From Podarcis bocagei (lineage: Eukaryota): a DNA stretch of 64,000 nt. The notes under the pieces were generated by a model. It was given only the letters and a program-made list of their open reading frames with translations, had not been told where the DNA came from and searched no databases. Made by a program: the position numbers and the translations under genes. Shown here one piece after another: positions 57,001 to 64,000 of the stretch; position 1 is the stretch's first letter; each line of letters opens with the position of its first letter. The stretch is from the NCBI GenBank assembly GCA_964188305.1, contig OZ076889.1; one strand, 5' to 3'.

Positions 57001-59330
57001 GTCATCTACAATCAGAATTTGGAAATGCCTGCATTGTACTACTTACAGGAGTTATAAAGTTCTTTACTTTATCTCATTGGTAAAATAGATTCTACTTGTT
57101 CAGTTATTGCATCCACTGTAGCTTGTTATTGTTCAAAATACCAATGCAGTTTATTGCCTTGCTTGTTATTCATTTCCTTTTTAAAAAAAGCACTTTCCTC
57201 TTTAAACAGCAAGGAAGCTACTCCAGCAGGATGAGAGGCTTCCTGGTACGCAGGCTGGCTGGGCTACAGAGCAGATGGGAGGAAAAACCTGCTTATATAT
57301 TTTCCCATTCCCTGGGGACAGGATATGATGCGCAGGCCAATGAGGAGGGAAACAGCTGTTGCTGGAAAGTGCTTCCTGTGGCTGAACACCATGTGGTGGG
57401 GGACAGCTGATTTGCTCTTACTGACCCTTCCTCCAGGGCTGGGTAGAGCACAGATAATAGCAGAAAGCGTAGACAAGACAAAACAAAATGAAAAAAGTAT
57501 ACCAGGCAACTGACTGGATGCAAGTTTACATACAATGTATCTGGATAGTTTGAGAACAGTACTTCAGTTTGCATTGAACATAGGGCTGCCATATCCGGGA
57601 AATAGCGTCCAGGTGGAATTTACAAAAATCGGGAAAAATGTGGGGGGAAACCCGGGTATATGGCAACCCCCCTTTTTTTGGAGGTGAATTTCCTTAAAAA
57701 TAGCTCAAAAACTTCAACTTTTTGGGGGAGATTTTGAAAAACCCCAACAAACTCAACAATTTTGCCCCCCCCCCAAGCTCAACAACTTTTGTGTCCGGAT
57801 TTTCACTTTTTGAAGTATGACAACCCTAAGTGAACAGTTACATTTTAATTGGAAGAAAACCCAGACACCATGCTGTATTTCTTTCTGCAGACTACTAAGC
57901 TGAGGATGATGGCATTTCTTCATCTTCCCCCCTCCCTGCCCCCTTGTGAACTGCAGCCATGAAGGATATGCACAACTGAAAACATCATCAACAGCATCAG
58001 TTTACCCATTTTCTCACCTTCCCCACTGCAGATGGTTAATTAATTAGCACAGCATTCATTTGTGAATTAGTTGTGATTTCTAGTGCAGCAAAATTTTACT
58101 TTGAAATGGATTCCCCACTCCCACCTACACACTGTGAAGGGTTGCTCTACTTATTAATAGGAATAGAAGTGAATTCTGTGATCTTTCAAGCTGATAAAGC
58201 TTTGATAAGCAAGCACTTTTTGAGAGGCTGGCTACGCTGTCCTTGGTCCTGAAAAAAACAAGTCATTCATAGTTGCATGCAACTGTTACTTAGCGGCCAC
58301 AGTCCTTTTCTGCCACAGTCCTTTTCTTCCCATTGTATTGCAGCACTTTTTCTTTCTTACATCCCTCCTTTCCTACCACATCTTCTCCCCTCCCCCACTT
58401 ACTTCGCCTTTCTATTTGTTGTTGCAAGCTATTTTTTACGTTGTTAATTTGTATCTATACAAAATTACACAGAAAAAAATCATTTTAAGAAGAGCATGTG
58501 GGAGAGTATGACACCATTATTTGCCTTGCTTTGCTAGAGCCTCCTGAACACAATCCAGAAGGTGATTTTGACCAAGAAGGCCTGTAAGAACCTAGAGCAG
58601 GCTTCCTCAACCTCGGCCCTCCAGATGTTTTGAGACTACAATTCCCATAATCCCTGACCACTGGTCCTGCTAGCTAGGGATCATGGGAGTTGTAGGCCAA
58701 AAACATCTGGAGGGCCGAGGTTGAGGAAGCCTGACCTAGAGTAAAGATGCTAACAAGATTGTGGCATGACACAGTAAAGAGGCAATCCCTAAAATCAACT
58801 GAGATTTCTTCATAAACCAGGTTTGTACATATTGACTTGACAAGCAGGGCATTCTAGATTGATCCCTCTCTCTTTACGCCCTGGTAGAACATGGTAGAAT
58901 ATACCTGACCTCCCTACTCACCCAATTTTCAGGAGGCATTTGAACACCCTTTAACTTGGGTTGCCATTTAAAAAAGAACCACTTCCTTCTGATTTTGATC
59001 ACTAGATATCTACTTCTAAACCTTGTAACCTGACAGAGCCCTTGGCATGTGTTACACTGCTAATTCAAAGTGAATAATATATTTTTGAGAGTTGGCTTAT
59101 TCAGCAATTCTTGAAGAGGATTGCTGGAGAACCACAATGACCAAAACGAACATCACATGTAGATTTTCAATGCCTGGCAATCATTTTTGTGCCTTGTAGA
59201 CCTGTCTGGCAGCTGCTGAAGGGCATAATTCACTTGGTGACTATTGAGTTTGTTTTGGGATATGATTTCAGAACAGGGGGAGAGAATCTATGGCCTTCCA
59301 GATGTTGTTGGACTCCAATTCCCATCAGCC

Positions 59331-59376
<46 letters not shown>

Positions 59377-61426
59377 TATGACTAATGTTGAAGGATTCAA
59401 ATTGAAGTCCAGCAACATTCTGAAGACCATAGATTCTCCACCTCTGCTACAGAACATAGCAGCAGAGGATATGATTCATGTGTCACTTCCGAATTTTGTT
59501 ATGGAATAATAAAAGGGGATTCTAGTTTGAGGACTCAGGTGAATTTCTTATGTTCCTGAGAACATTGGGAATAATTCCAGCATGAACTTTCTTTAAGAAT
59601 CATAAACTGTGGGAGCTAAAATCAGGCAGAGAGCACCAGGCTGATGATCCAAGCACTGTAACTCTGAGCTCACTGCATGGTTGTATCCTAGAGTCTACTG
59701 GTTCTCAGCATGTCTGGGATTGCCATACAGATAAGCAGACACCTGTTTCCAAGCTGAGTTTAGAAATGATGCTGGCCATTGAACAAGACTCCCGTGTAGG
59801 TTTGCTTGTGAATAAAACTGCTACCATATGGTGTGTTAACAGTCCCTATTCCCTCCACCAACAGCATGACTGCAAGGTAAGAATGTTCAGAAGTCTCCGA
59901 ATCATTTAAGTCTACATGATCAATGCTTCCTCATCCCTTTTAAAACACAGCAAAAGAATGAACCTCCTGTGAAGCAATAAAAATATGAAGTGAATAGGAG
60001 TAAAAGTTATGGAAGATGGATGCCTTTTAAAGGTGGAATGAAGCACTTCTATATTCCAGTGATTGTAATGGAAAAGGTTTAAACCTATACTTAACTCTCC
60101 TGATAAAATCAGTGTAAAAGTGAATACGGATTTGAGCCCAAGTATCCACAATTTACATCCAACACTCTCTTGTATTTATCCATGTAACTTTTTATTTATA
60201 TCCCCATTCATATGAATGTTATTTATCTACTTACTTACTTACTTACCTTTGTTAGACAGACAATGAAGCTGGTGACTACAGCTGGTTCATATAACCTCTC
60301 CGAGTCTGTTCTAGACCCGTAAGATGGAATAATATCTTTTTCTAACCTCAAAATGCTGAGGCAGCCTAGTAACTATATTGTCTGCTGCTGTTCTGCCTCT
60401 GATATAGTGTGTTATTCATGGTTGGCATGTTTTGTTGCTTTTCATGTGTGCTGTTAGCTTGCCTTGAATATTCTATGAATGCTTTAAATAAAGAAGATAT
60501 GTGTGTTTTAAATAAATAAGAGATGGAAATATAAATCTTCAAGAAAAATGAGTTAATTTGAAGTTCATGGGCATGCAAGCTAAATGGTCTGTTGGGGCAC
60601 TCCAGAGACCTCTGAAGTTTCTACATGAGTGTTTCATTCTCCAGAGCGCCTGGCACTGGAATTCAATGCCTCCTGTTAATGGAGCCAATCACATAAGACC
60701 TTGGATTGCAAGACCGCCAGTGGTGGAGTCTTTTTTGGTACCCCAAACTCTTTACATCTATGAGAATACTCACAATCTTCCCCCGAGTAGCCAATGACAG
60801 TCTCAGGTTCCATAGCAACCCCATAGTCGTTTTTGGCCTGCACTTTGATCTCGTAGGGTGTATAGATGGGCGTCTGTGTGACAGTGAACTGGTTAGTGTC
60901 ACCCTTTACCGTCCTGTTGTTCCAACTCTCCCGAGTGTCTCTTCTCCTCCATTTCACAATGTACTTGAGGTTGGGGCCGTAAACTTGGGTTGCATTTAGC
61001 GGCTTAAAGGGTACACAAAAATTAATAAATCCATTATTACTCTTGTTAACTTTGAACACCAGCTGCTATCCCTGCCACCGAACAGTGTTTCTGTGACGCC
61101 AGAGGATACAGAATCATAGATGGATCTAAAAACAGGACTAACAAGCCCATGGTGTCATAAGCTTTCATATGCTAGAATCTACTTTATCAGATGTATGAAA
61201 TGTTGCTCTCCGTTGGCAGATTCTCCCTCCCTCCCTCCCTCCCTCCCTCTGTATGGGTGTTTTCGAGCTTTCCTCTTACCCTTTATGGACTCTAGCCCAC
61301 AAAAGCTTATACCCAAATATGCAGCTTAAGTATTTACTGTGTCACAGGACACTCTGTTTTCACTGCACCAGACTATTCTGTGAACTGCCCTGAGACCCCT
61401 AGGTATAGGGCGGTATATAAATTCTA

Positions 61427-61460
<34 letters not shown>

Positions 61461-63365
61461 TCATCACTTTGGAGATAACAAATGCAAAATGCATCCAGGT
61501 AACTGCACAGTTTCCAATTACATGAATTGCACCAGCAACAAGTATATACACATGGAGAGTTAACTCACCGTCCAGGATATCACCATGTTATTTTTGGCTG
61601 TTCCTGCTCCTTTAACTCCTGTGGGGTTAATTTCTGGACCTGAAATAAATTAAAACGTGAAATTTGTTTTAAAGCATTGAATGCTACAACACAGCTACCA
61701 CAAGCTTTTCTATACCATGCGATATTGCTAAAGGAATAATCTTTTTTTTCTTCCACATAGGAAGGCTAGAACACAAAGGGGAGACCCACATAAAGCCTCT
61801 GCCAAAAGGAAAGACCTATGCAATTGCTATGGTACCACACAAGCTATTTGCAAAGCAAACTTTTAAAGTTACTATGACACTGGTGGTGTCAGTTGTTTAA
61901 AAAGCACTTAAAACAAAGATGGGGAAACTATGAAGGGACATCAAGCCCCTCAAAAAAGTCAATCTGGAGCAGCAGCTGATGCTGGTAAGGCTAGAGAGAA
62001 TGTGGTTACGGTGTACAGCACTACAGAGAATTCACTCTATGTGTGCTGCCCTTTCTCTCCCTCTCCTTCTGTGTTTCTATTAAGACTGGCCTGAACTAAT
62101 CAGCTGTAGAGGCTGCATGGAATTTGGTCAAGGGCTGCTTATGGCCCATGAGGTTATGTTTCCCACCACATATTTAAACCAAGGGTTATGAGTAAATTAA
62201 GATGCACAAGAGCCTTGTCCTTACAACAGAAACATGCCTTCTTTGATGTTTTGTACAAAAAAAAATCAAAATCCAGCCCATCGCTTCCCTAATTTGAGAA
62301 AAGTATTTATTTGTGAGGTTCCCCTTGCACTCCATGCACATCTACAGTCCAAAATCTTAAACTTAAAATACCAAGCCAGTACATATCTGTTAGGATCTCT
62401 GACAAAAGCCCATTAGCCTAAAGATACTTGGTTGACTCAGAAAAAGCTCAGGGCTGCTTCGTACATTACACCAGGGATGGGAATTCTGTGGCCCTCCAGA
62501 TATTGCTGGACTTGACTCACATCCTCCCTAACTATTGGTCATGCCGGCTAGGGCTGATGGAGGTTGCAGCTTAGCAGAATCTGAATGGCTGCAGATTCCC
62601 TATCTCTACATGACATGGATAAGATGCACCAAAAATGTTTTTATGTGCACACATTAAATCTAATGTAATGGGACAACATGACGAACAGGTGCATGCATAT
62701 ATTTCACAGGTACACTTTCCAGGGAACTGAGACTGGCCACTACTGCCTGATGAGCATACATGGTGACAAATATGGGCTAGCTAAAAAGGTAACGTGTGAC
62801 ACAATCCACATTCTTAGTGTCTCTCTCTTCTATCTGTCCTTGTTCTTGCGTACATTACAATTGCATAGTTTTATGTAAGTGTTCTTTTCCTTTCAAATAT
62901 ACCCACCCACTCAAGTCAAATAGCACTTACGTGCCCCATTTGTATGGTATCGCTCAGAAGGCAAGCTGGGGTAACTGCTTCCTACTTCGTTCACAGCTAT
63001 TACTCGGAACTGATAGTTGACGTAGGGTGCAAGGCGCAGGATGGCAGAGTTCACGCTTCCTGGGTAACGGGAATGGTTGTGCCAACTTCCAGGCTGGAAT
63101 CTATCCTCTTCAAATTCCACAATGTAATCTAGAAGAGCAGAGTGTGAAGGCTTGCTAAAGTTGCGACATAATTATGGGCCAGCTGACTTTTAGAAAGGAA
63201 ACCAAACCAAAGCAGCAACACTGTTCACCTGTAGGGTTTCAAAGTAGAGGAACAAGTGCTGACCTGTGATAGGGCTGTTGTTGTCATCGCCAGGAATCCA
63301 CGTCAACCGCACACTCCTTTCAGCGAGGTCAGTTAGTTCGAGATCACGAGGACGTTCAGGACGTG
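6589..63365 (-). CDS. NFASC: Neurofascin, 3' part of gene (15 coding exons, FNIII-1 to C-terminus); 5' exons lie beyond the window end
   Basis: Spliced translation gives five FNIII domains, a Thr-rich PAT domain, TM segment [32 protein letters not shown] and C-terminal AIYSLA*, all recognisable as neurofascin. Every exon has AG/GT boundaries and consistent phases. Confidence 0.97.
7215..7895. mobile_element. Penelope-like element remnant in inverted arrangement
   Basis: Inverted arms about 7215-7390 and 7740-7895, including a perfect 23-bp match; catctgatgaagtgg...aaacttatgc...tttaaggtaccac terminus. Confidence 0.6.
9116..9168. mobile_element. Half copy of the hAT-type MITE
   Basis: caggcataggcaaacttggccctccagatgttttgggactacaactcccatca. 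Confidence 0.7.
10317..10328 (-). CDS. NFASC: NFASC 12-nt RSLE microexon
   Basis: catgaag|GTCTCTTGAAAG|gtagga; gives Y-RSLE-S in frame; long pyrimidine tract upstream. Confidence 0.93.
14703..14772 (-). CDS. NFASC: NFASC cytoplasmic exon (V)[22 protein letters not shown]; 70 nt, phase 1-2
   Basis: tcacag|TG acceptor and AG|gtatg donor. Confidence 0.95.
17505..17639. mobile_element. Short non-autonomous DNA transposon (cagtgct...agcactg termini)
   Basis: TIRs cagtgctgtttttct / agaaaaaagcactg; partial flanking repeat atgat. Confidence 0.65.
17732..17863 (-). CDS. NFASC: NFASC transmembrane exon (A)[43 protein letters not shown]; 132 nt
   Basis: actag|CC acceptor and G|gtaag donor; canonical L1-family TM sequence. 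Confidence 0.97.
18241..18458 (-). mobile_element. L2/CR1-clade LINE 3' fragment
   Basis: Translates [35 protein letters not shown] (typical L2 ORF2 C-terminus); ends in a (TTA)n tail. Confidence 0.8.
18477..18799. mobile_element. Long palindromic MITE (PIF/Harbinger-like)
   Basis: ~150-bp imperfect inverted arms (ggctgcattcacat...tttattc / gaataaa...atgtgactgcagcc); 3-bp flanking repeat ATG. Confidence 0.7.
19663..19978. mobile_element. Tc1/mariner-superfamily (pogo/Tigger-like) MITE
   Basis: 22-bp TIRs CAGTGGTGCC(T/C)CGCAAGACGAA with 1 mismatch; TA TSD on both sides; CpG-rich, so probably young. Confidence 0.9.
26316..26456 (-). CDS. NFASC: NFASC alternative exon, FNIII-5b (S)[46 protein letters not shown]; 141 nt
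   Basis: tttctcag|GT acceptor and G|gtgag donor; FNIII tyrosine-corner pattern L.PG..Y. Confidence 0.92.
28306..28425 (-). CDS. NFASC: NFASC alternative exon, FNIII-5a (A)[39 protein letters not shown]; 120 nt
   Basis: caccag|CT acceptor and A|gtaag donor; WANITW and FVVEYI motifs. Confidence 0.93.
28437..28455 (-). promoter_or_regulatory. Consensus branch point TACTAAC plus CTAAC half-site (QKI/SF1-type element) upstream of FNIII-5a
   Basis: tttACTAACctctgttCTAACctgttcaccag|exon. Confidence 0.6.
28790..28893. mobile_element. Internally deleted hAT-type MITE
   Basis: aacctggtgccccctagatgtttt / aaaacatctagagggcaccaggtt inverted arms. Confidence 0.75.
30786..30992 (-). CDS. NFASC: NFASC alternative PAT (mucin-like Pro/Ala/Thr) exon (V)[22 protein letters not shown]...IGIPVEDS; 207 nt (NF186-type)
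   Basis: tttttacacttccttctcccag|TT acceptor and G|gtact donor; Thr-rich; phase 1-1. Confidence 0.92.
31995..32266 (+). mobile_element. L2-like LINE 3' fragment
   Basis: ctggaatgctctcccc (WNALP) and tail tgtaacccaccctgtgatc...gggcggtatagaaat...aataat. Confidence 0.7.
32320..32663 (+). mobile_element. Sauria (Squam1-type) SINE, full length, with 13-bp TSD
   Basis: tRNA-like head ggtggcactgtgggttaaacc...gtttgaatcccc and tail ggtcaggggtccttttacc; TSD taaaatactaaag at 32307-32319 and 32664-32676. Confidence 0.9.
35546..35593. repeat. (AAAT)12 microsatellite
   Basis: Read directly. Confidence 0.95.
38678..38787. repeat. Perfect 55-bp tandem duplication
   Basis: gtgtaatctctatgtatgtttactcagaagggagttcaatgacacatgctccctg x2. 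Confidence 0.95.
39232..39460. mobile_element. Palindromic MITE, degenerate (related copy at about 34145-34395)
   Basis: ggcttgtat...ctaagtaacca / tggttacttag...atacaagcc and caacaggactttct / agaaagtcctgttg arms. Confidence 0.65.
40814..41005 (+). mobile_element. tRNA-derived SINE (Squam3-like), degenerate
   Basis: A-box-like gtagctca and B-box-like ggttcaat; tail gagctagatggaccaatggtctgactcagtataaggcaacttcctatgtt. Confidence 0.75.
41107..41159. repeat. Compound (GA)n/(GACA)n microsatellite
   Basis: Read directly. Confidence 0.9.
42385..42550 (+). mobile_element. CR1-like LINE 3' tail fragment (related remnants at about 24370-24537 and 8300-8500)
   Basis: ctggttggtcactgtaagaacaggatgctggactagatgggtccttggcctgatccagcaagcttttcttatg, recalled as a squamate CR1 tail. 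Confidence 0.6.
42975..42989 (-). CDS. NFASC: NFASC 15-nt microexon (V)LPTS, likely counterpart of the short ATPTA linker between FNIII-4 and PAT
   Basis: ctgaag|TTCTTCCAACCTCAG|gtactg; long upstream pyrimidine tract (about 43010-43055); phase 1-1; expected position in the gene. Confidence 0.78.
44258..44293. repeat. (GT)18 microsatellite
   Basis: Read directly. Confidence 0.95.
48337..48471. mobile_element. Degenerate hAT-type MITE
   Basis: gactccagttcccatca / tgatgggagctggagtc arms and tggccaatggtcaggga core. Confidence 0.72.
49955..50128 (-). CDS. NFASC: NFASC exon, FNIII-4b (F)[33 protein letters not shown]...ESPLPLNE; 174 nt
   Basis: ctccag|TT acceptor and G|gtaag donor; absent from ORF track, translated by hand. 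Confidence 0.95.
50860..50982 (-). CDS. NFASC: NFASC exon, FNIII-4a (A/S)[40 protein letters not shown]; 123 nt
   Basis: ctgaag|CA acceptor and T|gtatg donor; P.HPNG motif. Confidence 0.95.
52111..52446 (+). mobile_element. Sauria (Squam1-type) SINE, second copy
   Basis: Collinear and highly similar to the 32320 copy, with a ~15-bp internal deletion; accttt tail. Confidence 0.9.
53462..53666 (-). CDS. NFASC: NFASC alternative exon, FNIII-3b [16 protein letters not shown]...[20 protein letters not shown]; 205 nt (NF155-type, RGD at 53505-53513)
   Basis: tgaag|GCC acceptor and G|gtagg donor; 116+205=321 nt, frame-preserving as a pair. Confidence 0.96.
54037..54080. repeat. (TA)22 microsatellite
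   Basis: Read directly. Confidence 0.95.
54644..54859. mobile_element. Palindromic MITE (PIF/Harbinger-like)
   Basis: gggtgcttccagac / gtctagaagttccc termini; TAG on both flanks; internal actttctag / ctagaaagt arms. Confidence 0.6.
55724..55751 (-). promoter_or_regulatory. Candidate bipartite QKI response element in the intron after FNIII-3a
   Basis: Minus strand reads ATTAATgtggCTAACacccaacACTAAT, 26-53 nt downstream of the donor. Confidence 0.65.
55777..55892 (-). CDS. NFASC: NFASC alternative exon, FNIII-3a (Y)[38 protein letters not shown]; 116 nt (NF155-type)
   Basis: cttag|AT acceptor and AGA|gtgag donor; phase 1-0; peptide matches the third FNIII domain of neurofascin. Confidence 0.94.
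57581..57828. mobile_element. Non-autonomous hAT element with TAGGG(C/T)TG(C/T)CATA termini
   Basis: tagggctgccata ... tatgacaacccta; 8-bp TSD attgaaca/agtgaaca (7/8). Confidence 0.82.
58598..58733. mobile_element. hAT-type palindromic MITE, young copy
   Basis: Perfect 34-bp TIRs caggcttcctcaacctcggccctccagatgtttt; perfect 8-bp TSD acctagag. Confidence 0.93.
59274..59446. mobile_element. hAT-type MITE carrying an internal (CCAG)11 expansion
   Basis: agaatctatggccttc / gaagaccatagattct arms; TSD tttcagaa/ctacagaa (6/8); repeat at 59331-59375. Confidence 0.78.
60774..61002 (-). CDS. NFASC: NFASC exon, FNIII-2 [21 protein letters not shown]...VIGYSGED; 229 nt, phase 0-1
   Basis: tttaag|CCG acceptor and T|gtgag donor; L1-family GYSGED motif. 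Confidence 0.96.
61379..61460 (+). mobile_element. LINE 3' tail remnant with (AAT)11
   Basis: tgtgaactgccctgagacc...agggcggtatataaat followed by AAT repeat; same tail motif as at 32205-32260. Confidence 0.65.
61569..61639 (-). CDS. NFASC: NFASC exon, FNIII-2 start (R)[23 protein letters not shown]; 71 nt, phase 1-0
   Basis: tttcag|GT acceptor and ACG|gtgag donor; frame links both neighbouring exons; absent from ORF track. Confidence 0.93.
62472..62608. mobile_element. Degenerate hAT-type MITE
   Basis: cagggatgggaattctgtggccctccagat ... atctgaatggctgcagattccctatctct. Confidence 0.65.
62931..63128 (-). CDS. NFASC: NFASC exon, FNIII-1 second half (D)[23 protein letters not shown]...SERYHTNGA; 198 nt
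   Basis: tctag|AT acceptor and C|gtaag donor; typical FNIII motif [12 protein letters not shown]. Confidence 0.96.
63264..63365 (-). CDS. NFASC: NFASC exon, FNIII-1 first half (A)[33 protein letters not shown]; 102 nt, phase 1-1
   Basis: tgtag|CA acceptor and G|gtcag donor; peptide recognisable as neurofascin. Confidence 0.95.
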
Positions 63366-64000
63366 CTACAGGCAAAAGAATGCATGTAAGGTGCAGGTGT
63401 CCCTCATGGGCTAGTCCACTCAAGAGCTGGTGCTTAATACCTTTGGGTATCATGACCACTGACTCTGGGACCTTGCAGCATGAAGCAGAGAGAACTCCAC
63501 TAAGGCCATTTCCTCAGAGGAAGAATAGCCAATATTGCATTTGGGGACCTTTTGGACACAGAACACAGCCCTGCCTCCATTGATGGACTCAGATTAGGAA
63601 TCAGCCTTGCAGAAGTCAAAGGCTACAAGATCAGTGAAGGCCCTTTAACAACTCAGCCAGCTCCTCTACACAGGTGGAACCAACCATGCAACAGGTCTTA
63701 CCAGCCTTCAGTTGGCTTCTGGCCTCTGCTGGGACATCTTCATAAAGCTACCTTGGTAGGAGAGCACTTCAGCCAACAGGGCTCACTTAGAACTATCCAA
63801 TGTTCTGTTTTTCTCTGCCCTCTTCATAAGAGGGCCCTAGCAGTCCACATTCTTTGCAAAGACAGAGCTTTACAAAGAAGGAACATAAATACAATGAAGG
63901 GCAAAGGTCACCTTGCAAAAATAAAAAGGAGGGTGAGAAACACCTCCCATCACTTTTAGAATCAGCCCCCAAAATTCATCCATGCAAACTGATTAAAATA

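Noticed and set aside
60247-60310. Perfect AAG|GTAAGT donor after the FNIII-2 exon, suggesting an extra exon
   Set aside because: The donor arises from an (AAGT)n microsatellite; the candidate exons I checked (22, 29, 35, 64 nt) are not frame-preserving, and the longest starts with a stop
63702-63747. Possible Ig6-FN1 linker exon
   Set aside because: 46 nt with an in-frame TGA; the true linker exon probably lies outside the window
1-64000. A novel multi-gene system or nested gene
   Set aside because: All coding signal is explained by NFASC and LINE remnants; the remaining ORFs are short and lack homology or splice structure

Overview
Vertebrate genomic DNA, almost certainly from a squamate reptile and probably a lacertid lizard (inferred from Sauria/Squam1-type SINEs, a Squam3-like SINE and typical lizard MITEs). 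The window holds the 3' half of neurofascin (NFASC, L1-family cell adhesion molecule) on the minus strand. I traced 15 coding exons by hand, from FNIII domain 1 (63365) to the stop codon (6589). All have canonical AG/GT boundaries and compatible phases. They include the glial NF155-type FNIII-3 exon pair (RGD motif), a 15-nt microexon, the mucin-like PAT exon, the FNIII-5 exon pair, the transmembrane exon, the 12-nt RSLE microexon and the FIGQY/YSLA terminal exon, followed by a probably long 3' UTR. Introns contain many short DNA-transposon MITEs, SINEs, LINE tails, Penelope-like inverted fragments and microsatellites. Most ORFs in the supplied track are spurious. I found no convincing novel gene system. 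The most interesting signal is a splicing-regulatory pattern: QKI elements positioned oppositely at the glial (FN3) and neuronal (FN5) cassettes, and Rbfox, SRRM4 and Nova motifs at the microexons. There are also a few candidate cryptic exons. Comparisons with known proteins and repeat families are from memory, not from database searches.
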